DNA of 64,000 nucleotides from contig JBNGIO010006316.1 of assembly GCA_049999805.1 (NCBI GenBank), forward strand, positions 486,040 to 550,039, read 5' to 3'. This DNA comes from Folioceros fuciformis (lineage: Eukaryota). Shown piece after piece: positions 1 to 19,965 of the stretch (position 1 is its first letter; the number at the start of each line of letters is the position of its first letter). The notes beneath the pieces were generated by a model that worked only from the letters and a program-made list of their open reading frames with translations, did not search any database and was not told the origin of the DNA. Made by a program: the position numbers and the translations under genes.

Positions 1-822
1 TTACTAATTATATCTTGATGTCTTTTAGTTGTGGGATGTGCGACCAACTTTGCTAAGCAATTAGAGAATTTCTTCAAGCTTGAACTTGTTGTGGTGTGTG
101 ACATTTGTGGCATCGAATCATCCACTTTCTCGATTGCTAAATGAGTTGCATCCATTGGTATACTAGGTGATTTTCTCCAGCCTTTGCGCCAAGAGCTTTT
201 GGTAGCTACATCCTTGGCTTGACTACTTAAGATCTCAATTGTTGTAGTCGCTTTTGTGAGAATTGATAGAGATGCATTTCTCTTGTCACCTAGATAGAGA
301 TGCATTTCTATTGTCACCCATTACTTCCCGATTTAGCAAGGCTCAACAAAGACTTCCTATGTAAGCAATGTTCAGCAAAGACACTGCTTGGTTGAAAATA
401 GTGTTTGTGATAGTCATGAGGAAGAGAAAGGAATTACCTTTGTGAGTGCCTTTTAGAAATTTAGATCAAAACAAAATGGAAGGATCAGTGATTAGAGACA
501 GAAAATGTGTATGATGGACTTCAAATTCATAACGAGTATGACTTCCTTCTTGTCTTGAAGGAATATATATAGTCCATTGAACATATATAGTCTATTCTTC
601 ATCTCTACTCTCGATATCAAAGATTTGAGATCCTACACCTTTGATCATCTCTCAATCTCAAAGTGATCTATATCATAGGTATATTGTTAGTAAAGAAATG
701 ATCAACTATAGAGAAACTTAAAATGCTGTCACCAAGTGCCTTGATAAAATAATCTTAGCGACGCTTGCTTACCTTTGAAATACCAATCCATAAGCATTTC
801 CTCATCCATAGATTTAGGATTT

Positions 823-1100
823 GGTCTTCTGATCTTGTCCATGCTCTCATTGATCTTGTCCATGCTCTCATTTCTCTCGGTAAGAGGTGCATTCAGGATT
901 TGGTCTTCTGATCTTGTCCATGCTCTAGTTTCTTCTGATCTTGTCCATGCTCAAGTTCCTTTCAGTGAAAGGTGCGATGTTATCGCAAAGCTTAGTGTAA
1001 TGTTGTCACAAAGCTTAGAGTAGCATTGTCATAAAACTTAGAGTAGCATTGTCACAAAACTTAATGTCCGAGATCCAGCATTGTCACAAAGCTTAGTGCA
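823..1100. repeat. Two short imperfect repeat clusters (TCTTCTGATCTTGTCCATGCTC x4; AGCATTGTCACAAA[A/G]CTTA x4-5) in AT-rich DNA
   Basis: Directly visible at about 823-952 and 980-1100. Confidence 0.8.
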
Positions 1101-1820
1101 GCCTTATCTCAAAGCTTTACGCAGTGGTAGAGAAACTCACACAGATCTAGGTCTAGGTCGTCGCCTTGCAAACGCAAAACATTGACTCTTACGGAGGCAA
1201 GTCCTCCAAAATCTGATGACACGCGTAACGTCGGATCTCGTCAAGCGAGTGATCCAAAGCAATAGAAAGATACATGTAAGTTGCTCCGTAGCCAGGTGCA
1301 GTGGCAAGGCAATAGCCGCTTCCACCTGAAAGGCAGTACACAATAAGCCGAGGAACGGCGAGGGCTGTGGCAGGAAACGAGAGGCGCGCAGATGGACGTT
1401 CCAGCTCACTGCCGCCAATCGACGCCACGTGTGGGCCTTAGTTTGTGGATCCGAGCGCTTCAAATTCAGAAATGCCGCGTACCGCGGTGCCAGTCAGGCC
1501 GAACTGTGCACATGTTTTCGAGAGCAGCGAATACGACTATACACGGTATGAATGTACATATGTATGCGAAACATGCATGTTTGAAAAGGATGGTGCCACA
1601 TGAGGCGACCGCGGCTCTGCCATTTTAGTAAATAAAGGTCCACAGGTTAAGGCGGAGGATTTTGCAACAGACGCGGACACTTTGAGGAGGAAGGCTGGCT
1701 GGCGGGCTGCTCGGGCTCGGACTCGGACTGCGCTACGCCACGAGCCAGGGTTTCAACGCACCATCGTGGCGCAGTCCCGGGGCAGGAGGAAGGGAGGGGG
1801 CTTGATCCGCGTCGGGAAGG

Positions 1821-3393
1821 ATGAGCTTTCAGGACATTGAGGCTGGTGCGACAATACCGAATAGAAGAGACCTGTTCGAGAACAATCGGCAGGATCCCAG
1901 CCAGGCTGTTGCTGCCGGTGTGTTCCAAATCAACACTGCGGTTACCACCTTCAAGCGTCTCGTCAACACTCTTGGCACTCCCAAGGACACCCCCGAACTG
2001 CGCGAGAGACTGTGTGTCATGCATCTTAACTCCCACAATTCATGTAGATGTTGAGCTTGTATACCGCCGGTTCGGCCAGCGTTGCTGCGTCTGCCGGATC
2101 GCCAGCTTCGTGCTTGGATCTCACCTCCTGCTTGTCTCTCTCCCCTGCAGCCACCAGACGAGGCAGAAAATTGGCAATTTGGCAAAGGAGACTTCCGCTA
2201 GGTTGAAGTCCGCCAGTGAAACCGATCACCTAACTCCAGTCAGTGTAAGTGTTTTCCTTGTCCAGCTATGGCGGTGGCATGCGGCCTTGATTCCGTTCCG
2301 TTGCCTTCGTCATGAGGGAATCATGTGCTACATGCTCAGCACGTCTTGTCAGTAGGGTTCGCCGTGAAAAACGGCAATGACTTTATGCGTCCTGGCTCCA
2401 TTCTGTGTTGTTTCATTCCCGATTTTGCTGCTTGGAACAGGCAAGCAAAAAGGTGGGAGATGCGAAGCTTGCACGAGATTTTCAAGCTGTTCTCAAGGAG
2501 TTTCAGAAGGCCCAAAAATTAGCAGCTGAGCGTGAAACTGCCTACACCCCATTTGTTGCTCAACCTGTACTCCCCTCAAGGTAGGCTGAATAACTCATCA
2601 GTATTTTTTTTCCTTGGGTAGCTCGACGAAAGTTCGTTGGGTAGCTGACTTGGTGTAACCGTTCCCCTCAGCTATACTGCCAGTGAGCTTCAATCGGCTC
2701 CGGAAGAGAGCCAGGAGCAACGTGCTCTGCTTGTTGAACAAAGAAGGTAGCATTGGAGATGTTCTTTGTGAGTTAGGAATTCGTTGGGTGCTTCCGGCTC
2801 TCCGTTTGATGCTCTGTTTGTTATGGAGTTCACAGGCAAGAGATAGTTCTGCTCGACAATGAGATCTTCTACAACGATGCCATCATTGAGGAGCGAAATC
2901 AAGGCATTCGAGAAATACAGCAGCAAATAGGACAAGTGAATGAAATTTTTAAAGACCTAGCTGTGTTAGTGCATGAGCAAGGAGTCCAATTTGGTAATTA
3001 TGAGTGGATTTTGTCCTTCTTCCGGTCACCCATTTTCTGATTCCATTTTTCGTTCAGTGTCCTGAGGTGGTTGCCGTTGTGATGTAGATGATATCGACTC
3101 AAATATCGAGAGCTCCCATGCGGCCACTGTGCAAGCAAACCATCAGCTTATGAAGGCTTCCAAAAGTCAAAGATCAAACTCTTCCCTGGTAAAATCGACC
3201 TTCCCACTTGACTCCAATTTCCTCGTCTGTATGGCTGACTTGCGTGGCTATGTTCGTGATTAGACCTTTATTGTTCGGTATCTATCATACACGCTAATGG
3301 CCCGCTCTCCCGCCATGCCTTTCGCAGACCTGCCTGTTGCTCGTGATTTTTGGTGTGGCGCTGCTCATTGTCATCATCGTCATGGCGGCTTGA
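1821..3393 (+). CDS. SYP22: SYP2-family (SYP21/22, VAM3-like) vacuolar Qa-SNARE syntaxin, multi-exon
   Basis: Starts MSFQDIEAG; contains [60 protein letters not shown], the SNARE motif [34 protein letters not shown] and a C-terminal TM segment ending at TGA 3391-3393. GT-AG introns join the pieces in frame. Confidence 0.92.
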
Positions 3394-3990
3394 GCACTGT
3401 TATAAATGAATTCCTTACTTATCTACTCAATATCTTCAATTCTTACAGCTCTCAACACAATAAAGACCTAAAGATAGTTATTCTTCAGCCAGGCTTTTAA
3501 GTAGGTGCGTGTGTTTTGTACATTAGAGTGAAACATTAAAAGCTCTGGCCATTGTCCTCCCTTCCTTGTAAATCGGCATAATTGATTCGATAATCAAATC
3601 ACTATCTGAACGTGAAACATGTATCGAATGTGTGAGCCTCGTACTAACGCACGCGGAAAACTCACTGTGGCAGGCATTGCCCCATACACGAAGCTATCGC
3701 CAACTACTGGCAAGGATCATGGTATTACAAATATTAGACTTTATTTCCATCGATTTCGATTCCGATACATCAGAATGCCTATTCCTACTACTCGGGGACA
3801 TGGAATTGCTGTTTCTCTCGTCGCTTGACAAGTGTAATAAACAACTGACACTCTGCATGCGCATCTGTTATTTTGGCCTGCAAGCTGCTCGTGACTTGGG
3901 CGCTCTCTACGGCTCCGTACAGCGCAAGTCAGTCACAGAAGTTGCTGGCCTTCGCTACAAAATTGAGTTGAGTGCTCCTTCCATGCCAAG

Positions 3991-11269
<7,279 letters not shown>

Positions 11270-12551
11270 GGCAGGCTGGCACTGCAACGGTGTGCGGCGG
11301 GACAAGTCTGGCTCCAGCCCGTGTGTGGCATCCGGCGCCGTTGCCTGGGCAGGCGGCTGGGCTGCCCGACGTGCTTCAAGGCCAGCAGAAGCAGCAACAG
11401 CAGCAAGTTGGCTGTGAGGGGAACGTTGGCCTGTGTGCGCGTGCGCGTGCGCGTGCGCCTGCGCGTCTGTGTGTACATGTATGTATTACAGGGACGATAG
11501 TGTAACAGCGGTGAAATTTTTGTCTTTGTCGATTGTGCGAGCATCGGAGCGCTGTGCGGTTATAGGGCCCGCCCTGGAGCTCCAGAAGCGCCAGCAGAGG
11601 AGGAAGCGGAATTTCGCTCGCGCAAGAGGCGCCGGGTGTGGACAGTCAAGTCGCCCAGGGGAGGGCGAACGATGAGACGTCTCATCAGGTGCTTGACTCG
11701 ACTCGTCTTCACTCGACTCAACTCGACTCGCGTCTCGCGAGTGAGTCGCGATTCCAGTGTCTCACATCGGGCAGTGGAAGTCCGCACGTTTTTTAGGGTT
11801 GGAGTTGGAATGGCCCAGTGTCAAGCGGCGGCAAGGGCAAGGGCTAGGAATGGCCCCTTCCCTTAAAGAAAACCCACCCCGCCCCTACAACGCCTTACTT
11901 GCCCTTACTNNNNNNNNNNNNNNNNNNNNNNNNNNNNNNNNNNNNNNNNNNNNNNNNNNNNNNNNNNNNNNNNNNNNNNNNNNNNNNNNNNNNNNNNNNN
12001 NNNNNNNNNACGCCTTACTTGCCCTTACTGACCCTTACTTGCCCTTACTGGTCCTTCCCGATAACATATTTTTCCTTGCCTTTCAGCTTCACCAAGGGCA
12101 ACGCAAGCTTCATTCTGGCCCCCTCTCTCTGCCTGCTCTCACTCGTCTGCCCCCAGCGTCTTCGCAGCCTTTGTGTTGTTTGCTTTGCCTTGCGTTGGCT
12201 CCGCGCTCGCTTTGTCGCTCGCGCTGTTGTTGACTGGGGGTTGTGTTCGTGCGCGCACGCGGGTACTATCCGGTGCGAGGGTTTTGTGGAGGAGTCGTGA
12301 TTCTGCATGCGTGCTTGTGCTCCGCCTTCTGCTACCTCTGGAAGCAATCCAGGTGGATGGGGCGAGTGCAACTGGCGGCGGCGTCGGCGGCTGGAGCAGC
12401 GGTAGCAGCGGCGGGTAGGAGCGGCAGCGGCAGCAGGAGCTACCACGGCATGCGGCAGGAGTGCGCTCGCGGGGGCCTCATGAGGTGAGCGACGCCCGGG
12501 CGTGTGCCAGTCTCTACAGCAGGCTCATCTGTGCCAGCGCTGTAGCCAGCC

Positions 12552-14583
12552 ATGTCGACGCAAAACTTCTTCGCGTTGCTTGGTGACGATGAGAACGAGG
12601 ATCCCATCGCCGCTATCGAGAAGGCTTCCTCTCCGGCTGTTGCCGCCGCCCCCGCGGCGGCAACAAAGAAGCAGCCGCAGCAGACCGCGGCCGCTGCCAA
12701 GCTGCCGTCCAAGCCCTTACCGCCAGCTGAAGCAGGTGAGCTGCAAACCTAGAACGCGCTTTTAGCATCTCAGACTTTGTTTTCTTTTGTTTTGGGCTGC
12801 CTGGTAGCCAATTGCCTCCCGGCGTGATACAATGTAGTGAAAGAAGGGCGCGGCTACGAGAACAATAACAGCAGCTCCTACAACAATACGCGAGGAGGCA
12901 GAGGTGGCCGTGGAGCGCGGGGTGGTGCCCGCGGAGGGTACGAGGGAGGATTCCGTGACCGGGACTCTGGATTTTCGNNNNNNNNNNNNNNNNNNNNNNN
13001 NNNNNNNNNNNNNNNNNNNNNNNNNNNNNNNNNNNNNNNNNNNNNNNNNNNNNNNNNNNNNNNNNNNNNNNNNNNNNAGGGAGGCCGCGGCGGTGGTGGC
13101 GGCGGCGTCGGCGGCGGCGGCGGATATTATGGCGGAGGGGAAAGGGCACCGCGAGGCGAGGATGGTGAAGTCCGGACCCACGACGGCAACCGTGGCAGGG
13201 GTCGTGGCCGCGGCAGAGACCGTGGGTTTGGCGGGGTGGACGGCGAGGAGCGTCCTCGCAGGCGCGAGTTTGATAGGCACAGTGGATCTGGCCGCGGGTA
13301 ACCCTCATTTCCCTCATGTCTTATTCTTTAGTGTCCTCCGCTCGCAAATATGTCTTTTTTTCGTCCCAAGGCAGATACACCAGCCTGAGCTGTTGGTTAG
13401 TCTGTGTGCCTTGTCCTATCCTGTCCAATGGCCCTGGCACCTCCAGAGTTTTAGCAGCAGAGGTTAGGCAGCATGCCGTGCTGATAGTCTAATGTACTGT
13501 GTCAGTACTGAGCTGAAGCGTGATGGTGCCGGTCGCGGCAATTGGGGAACTGATGGGGATCAAGTTAGCGTTTTTACGTAAGTGCAACGTATCCACATGA
13601 GTCCAGGGCATCATCTATCCGCCACTTGTCTATCTGCTCTGCCAAGGCCACACCTTCTTCCTTCGTAACTCGGATGTGTTTCTGGTCCTATACCTTTAGT
13701 GATCTTGACCCATGTGTATGTGTGGCAGGGAGCCGATTGAGGCTGTGAAGGATGAGAAGTCCCCTGCCGAGTTGGAGGATAAGAAAACGGAGACGGATTT
13801 TGCGCCGGAGTCTACTGCTGCTGCTGCTGCCGTTGTCGAAGATGGCGAAGAGAAGAAGGAGGAGGAAGAGGATAATGTGATTACAAGTTTTCGTGTGTTA
13901 TGCAGATGCCTTTGTGCTGTCTTGAGGAGGAGTCCTCGTTTTGACTTTTGGCTCTGCTGTCATCCCAGGAAATGACCCTAGATGAATACGAGAAGATTTT
14001 GGAGGAGAAAAAGAAAGCCCTTGCAGTTAACAAAGCCGAGGAGAGGAAGGTGAAGGTAGACAAGGATTTTGAGACGATGCAGCTCGTGGAGAAAAAGAAC
14101 GATGAGGATTTCTTCATTAAATTGGTACTATTACCACTGAGGGCCTTGTGCATTTGTGCCCCTTGTCGTGGTTGTGGGAATTCTGATGTAACTGGGTTTT
14201 GGGGCCGCTAGGGTTCGGACAAGGACAAAGGCAAGAAGAAGGAAGTGAGTGAAAAGGAGGAGAAGGCAAAGAAGGTGTGCCCCCCTAACATTAGGAATCA
14301 CGAGAAAGAGTGCGATTGTGGGGTGTTGTATCGTGTAGAGACCTGACAAAGCCTCTTCACTTTCTTTGGTTGGTAGGCTGTGAGCATCAACGAATTCCTA
14401 AAGCCCGCTGATGGAGAACGGTACTATGGAGCTGTGGGCCGTGGACGCGGTCGTGGACGTGGCCGCGGGGAGGATCGTGGAGGGTTCCGGGGTGGTTTTG
14501 CAGGAAGCTTCAACAACGCTCGGCGGGGGTCTGCTCCTCGCATTGAGGACCCTGCGCAGTTTCCCACTTTGGGGGCCAAGTGA
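12552..14583 (+). CDS. RGGA: RGG-repeat RNA-binding protein (Stm1_N plus HABP4/PAI-RBP1 family, RGGA-like)
   Basis: N-terminus MSTQNFFALLGDDENED, KLPSKPLPPAEAV, RGG tracts, RREFDRHSGSGRG, KRDGAGRGNWG, EMTLDEYEK, SINEFLKPA and the C-terminal APRIEDPAQFPTLG. An N gap lies inside exon 2. Confidence 0.9.
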
Positions 14584-15727
14584 CGGTGATACGGGTGAGA
14601 GCCAGGTAGTGTGTTAGGATGAGGTTGACTGTTTTTAGGTTTGTAGGGTTTAGGTTAGTGGAAAAGTCAATCTTCGGGCATGGCCTCCGCCAGGAGGAGG
14701 GATGGAGCGGCTTGTCGTCCAGGTCAGGGCAGGGCAGGGGCTGAGAAGCGCACGGGGGTGGCGGTAGTGGAACACATTCCTCACCTTGGCCTCGTAAGCG
14801 GAGGAAAGCGGATGATGTAGGGCCGGGGGATGACAGCAAGTTTGTCGGGAGTTGTGGGGAGGGGAGGGAAAAGCGGCATTTTCGGAACAATGTAGGAGAA
14901 GGGCCCCGTGGTCTTCCCTGTTGAATATTTTTGCTCGAGACTGTTAGGGCAGAGTTGACGAGAGTGTTCCCTGTTGTGTGTTCGAGGGGCGACGGGGGAA
15001 ACCTGTAATGCGGCCTCCTGTTCCTGTTGGATTCTGTAATGCGCAAGCTTTGTTTTCTTTTGATACCATTCGCTTGTTTGCTTGGTCTTGCCGGTGTGGA
15101 GTAATGGCGACAGACAATTATGACCAGCAGGTAGAGAGATCAGAGACGGGCAGGGCAGGGCAGGGCGCGACCTCCCTCCCTCCCTGCCTTGTTGAGGAAG
15201 AAAAAAAAGGTCAAAGAAAATGCTCCCTTGTTGAGGGAGAAGAAGAAAGTAAAAGAAAATGTGAACAGGTAGCACGTATAGCGTAGGTGGAAGAAAATTG
15301 GTGGTGGCGGGCGGTGCCTTGTTCGTACTACAGATCTCGACCCGTCGCCTTGACCGGTGTGTGCGCGCGCTGACGCGCCGCGAAAGGGTCGGAAGCCGTG
15401 GCAGAGTAGAGCATCCGCGTAGCATGTAAAGTGGGTGTGGTGACCCCGACCCGACCCGACGCCTGGCCCAGGCCCGGCCCCCGCCCCCGCCTCGCTTGAT
15501 ACAGCGTAGTCTCTTTTGGGAGAGACTTCGGTGCTGTTGCTTGACCGCTTACCGTTCTCGGTTCCCGCCCGCGCTTGGCTCCCGTCTGCCTCCACCAGCC
15601 GCAACTCCAGCCCTGCTGCTTCTTCTTATGAAGAAGAAGCGGATTGAGGAGTGGAGGGAGTCGCAGCAGCAACAACAGCAGAGGTGCTTTAAACGCTGTG
15701 AGACGAGCAGGGAGACGAGTGGTGGAG

Positions 15728-15800
15728 TAGGAGCAGGAGCAGCAGGAGCAGCAGGAGCAGCAGGAGCAGCAGGAGCAGCAGCAGCAGCAGCAGCAGCAGC
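15728..15800 (+). repeat. (GGAGCAGCA)n / (GCA)n compound microsatellite just upstream of the EDR4-like start
   Basis: Directly visible runs of ggagcagca followed by gca repeats. Confidence 0.9.
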
Positions 15801-15821
15801 GCCCGGCTGGGCCTCGCCCGG

Positions 15822-18800
15822 ATGCCCAGACTCGTGCAGTGCCCCAAGTGCGCGGTCTTGCTGACAGAGCCTTCGGGCACTCCAATCTACCAATGCGGAA
15901 ACTGCACCACCACCCTTCGAAGTAAGTCCCCCCCACCCCTGTCCTGCGCCGTGGCCACCTGCTTTGCTGCTACCTTCCTTGCCTTGCTTTGCCTTGCCTT
16001 GCTCACAATCCCTGCCCTTGGTGTCCGCGCAGCCAGGCCTGTCACTCCGGAGAATGCCGGCGAGGCGCCTCCCGAGGAGGACCCCTCGTGGCGCCGGATG
16101 TCCCCTCCGCCCGCCCACGACTGGGATCAGGCCCGGGCCCCAGAATTGCTGCTCATGAGGCCGGCGTCCCCGTACAAGGATCCCGCCTACTATCCAGCCC
16201 CCGCCCCCGCGCAGGGAGAACGGCATGGCTCTGCAGCTGTGGAAGGCTACAGCTACAACAGATTCTTCGACAATCCTTCCCCGGACCAACACAGGTCCGT
16301 TCCTCCCAGCCGGGCTTACAACACGGACGCTGGAGCTGGCCCGAGCCCGGCCAACCCTAATGCGCCATACGGCAATGCCAGATCTCCTCCGCGCGACTTT
16401 GCGCTACTGCCCAAGAGCATTCGGGACAAGGTCTTCTCCGCTGCGGCCCTCCCCGGCCCCGTAACGTCGGGATTCGAGTTTCGGCCTTACGACGGGCTTC
16501 TGGAGGAGGAGCAGCAGCCGCAAGTGCAGTTCTCGGTGCCACAGAAGGGCCTGCGTTGGAAGCCGCGGCCGGATCACGAGGATGCTGTGCCTCGGCATGG
16601 CCAAGGGCTGGGGCCGGCTGGCGCGGAGGAGGAGCAGCAGCAGTGGGAGCCGGACAGGGTGGTTGACATCTATGAGGCTCCGGAAGAAACGCCGGATTAC
16701 GAGCCCAGTGAGCATTCGTCGTCTTTCAGCGATCCTGATGGGAGTCGGCTCTCCGACCCGGAATTCAACTCCGAGGTAGGGCTTGGCACGGTGCCTGAGT
16801 ACGGGGTGGCTAAGCATGATGCTGCCCACGCTACCGGCTTGGCTACCAGGCTTGCTGCTGCTGTGCCGGACAACGTGCAGGTGCCGAGTCCGGCGGGGGA
16901 TGGATTTCGGCCCTTCACCTCTCCCCATGTGAAGGCTCAGTTGAGTCCTCCTGCTTGGTTGCGGGGTGTGCAGGGGCATGTGCAGGAGCCCAGTGTCACT
17001 ATGCCGTCCGACCTGTTCCGGAAGGAAGCCACGGAGTCCAGGAGCGCGTATGACGGGCCCAGGTTTCCCGCCCTGCAGGAACACCAACTTGCTGCTGCTG
17101 CTGCCGCACCTGCGCCCGCACCTGTTGCTGCGGCTGGCCAGGGAGGTTACGCCTCTGACTATGGGCTGCCGGAGCCCCATCACCTGGTGATGGAGCGCAG
17201 GATCGACACATTTGTAGAAGAGGAGGATGTGCATCCGCAGCACACACAGGAGCGGTCCGCGCGTGGTAGCTCGTCACCTGGGGCGTCGTCCTACAGTTAC
17301 AAGTGGAATGTTCTGCAGCCCTCGGAGAATTTGGAGAGGAGTCAGGATGCTTTGTCGTCGCCCAACGAGAATTCCAAGCCTCATCCCCCTTTTCCTTCCC
17401 TCCGCGACCCACCTTATGTTGTATGCCAGCACTGCTTGCAGTTGCTTGTCTTGCCCAAGGTCTTGCCGCCCTTGTCCCTCACTAGAAGGACCCAGAAGGT
17501 GCGATGCGGATCTTGTAACCGGGTATCTGTCTACGCTGTGGAGCAGGCTGTGGGGGATGCTGTTTCGCCCAGCCAGTTTGCAGGCCAGTTTGCACTCCTT
17601 GGATTTGGGCAGGAGCCGCAGCTAGGGGCAGGGGGGGGATCTGGAGTTGGACGTATACACTCACCTGTCGTAATAGACGTGCCATCACCAGGTCCCCGCC
17701 AGCTGCCATCCCCGACCCTTGGGCCTGCCGGCAACAACTACAAGTCGACAGCAGCACGGGACAATGGTTCCGGCTCCTGTGATAGGCCGGGGTTGGAGCT
17801 AGGGCCTGAGGTTCCGGATCTAACGGGGGCGCTTTGTTCCGTTCATGGCAGCAGTGATTCCGAATCGGACTCCGTGAAAGGTGGGCTACCATACGGAGTC
17901 GCACCTCAAGATGATCCTTCTTCAGTCCATGACGAAAGTGTCACCTATCCCTCCCTTCACCACGGAGGTGATGACAGCTGGGGCAAGAGCAGAGTAGCTA
18001 GTATCTTCAAAGGCTTCAAAGATCTTACCATAAAAGCGGGCCAAGGAAAGATGTATCGTCGTCATGTTTTCGTGAATGGCCGACCTATTCCTGATCCCAT
18101 CGTCAAGAAGGCAGAGGAGTCTGCTGGACCCATCCATCCAGGCAATTATTGGTAAGTTCTCGGTCACTCTACTCCAGGAATTCTGGTCCATTCTCTTCTT
18201 GGTCCCCAGTTTTCGTGGACGCTCGTCTCATTGTTGCTTGTGTTCACGCCAGGTATGACGCACATGCTGGATTCTGGGGAGTAATGGGAGGACCATGTCA
18301 AGGCATAATCCCTGTGAGTATGTCAGACCATGTCGTGCCTTGTCTTGTCTTGTCTTGTCATGTCATGTAGTTTCATGGTGCACCAGCAGAGGATAATTGG
18401 GTGGTGTATCCACAATTTCCGTGTCTTGACTGTCTCTTGTTGGAAGTCCAGCCTTTTATCGAAGAGCTGAATCACCCTCTGCCGAGAGATTGCTCTGGTG
18501 GCAAAACGGGGGTGATTGTCAATGGCAGGGACTTGCACAAGGTTGATCTTGACATTTTAGCGAAACGTGGCCTCCCCACGACTCCAGGAATGTCATACCG
18601 TGTTGAAATCGATGGCCGGGTGACAGATGAAGGCACTGGCCAAGTGCTGAAAAGTTTGGGAAGGCTTGCCCCATCGTATGTCCTGCGATCTCATGCTACT
18701 TGTGCTACTGGTGCCTTGTGTTTTACCTGAATGCTTTTGTCTAACGAGTAGCAGGTTACCAAATTCTAGTTGTCATAGATATGAGCTGTACGGATTCTAG

Positions 18801-18874
18801 AGCGGTTTCTTATGTTGGTCTGGTGTGGCAGGGTTGAGAAAAAACGTCGTGGGCATGGGATGGTGGTTAAATGA
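15822..18874 (+). CDS. EDR4-like / extra-large-G-protein-related protein (N-terminal CxxC...CxxC, central zinc ribbon, conserved C-terminal domain)
   Basis: RLVQCPKC...YQCGNC at the N-terminus, PYVVCQHCLQLLVLP...KVRCGSC, and C-terminal VNGRPIPD...KAEESAGPIHPGNYWYDAHAGFWGVMGGPCQGIIPPFIEE...NGRDLHKVDLDILAKRGLP...LGRLAP. Last exon ends at TGA 18872-18874. Confidence 0.85.
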
Positions 18875-19965
18875 TCCACGTGGTGGTGCCATTATCATGT
18901 AGGAGAGAACCAGACCGTCTAAGTCAGGGTGACGACATGAGAACGCCCTGGAACAGCCAGTCTTGGTGATAACCTGTCTGCCATGTTACCGAGAATTTTA
19001 TTGCTGGAATCGATGCAGCTTATCTTTTAAGTTGTCTGTCTTCCTTTTCGGTGTCACTCACAACAATGCACTAGATGGGATTGTCTTTGTTATGGATTTC
19101 TCTTGAACTTCATTCTACTCCGGTGGGATTTTGGGGTCGATGTCAATTCGATGCTCCAGTTGCTGATCTGGTGGTGGGTCATCTACGCCGGGTGAGTGTT
19201 GGTTCTCATTTCAGTTCATGCCTTTGTCTTGAGGGGTGCACTGGCGACGTGTCTGAAGTGCTTTGGATTCCTGAATTTTGCGTTTCGGCCGCCCTGCAGA
19301 TCTGGTTTCACAAGGGATCTCCATTGACAAAGTACCATGTCACCATCTCGACGGTATTAAAGTTCATAACTTGTGAGCACCTAAAATATTCTTTTCTGCG
19401 GTCCCCAGTGTTGAGAGTACTCGCACAGGCTGGCAGCTGTGGTAGGTCTCATGTCTTTCTGGCTTTTAACTGCGTCAATGTAAGAGATTCTCGGAAAGAT
19501 GTGTTGCCGGCTATCACGGCTTCACTAATAAAAGTTCCAAAATGGTGTCCATGAGCCTTCCTCTTGCTTTCCTGCCTTTCTCCACAAACTCCATGCAGCC
19601 CAGGCCCGGTGCTTGCAAGCCGTGAGGCCGACCAGCCGGATGCAGCGGCCCAGCCGACACGGCTCTCGTGTACAGTACCTTTGGAACTGTACCATACCAT
19701 TTTATCCTGATATAACATATAATTTAGATAATCCAGTCCCACGCACGCGACCTTTTTCACATTCTCCTTCCTGACATCGATGAAATAATTTCAATTAATG
19801 GATTACTATAAAATCATGCGGGCGTAGGAGTATAGGAGGATGCATATACATATGTACAACTTCTTCGTGAGGTTGCGTACTTGAGCTTGAAATAAAACTG
19901 CTCATCTAACCAACCCGATCCGCAGCCTGGATCGTCCAGTTCGTCACGGATCCATAGAATAGGAT

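Noticed and set aside
11890-12050. Duplicated sequence either side of N runs (also 60891-61024)
   Set aside because: The gaps are uniform placeholders of about 100 N flanked by the same sequence, indicating collapsed repeats or contig overlap. Lengths and reading frames across them are not trustworthy.
14634-14660. Telomere-like TTTAGG/TAGGGTTT run after RGGA
   Set aside because: Only a few degenerate units in a GT-rich 3' UTR.
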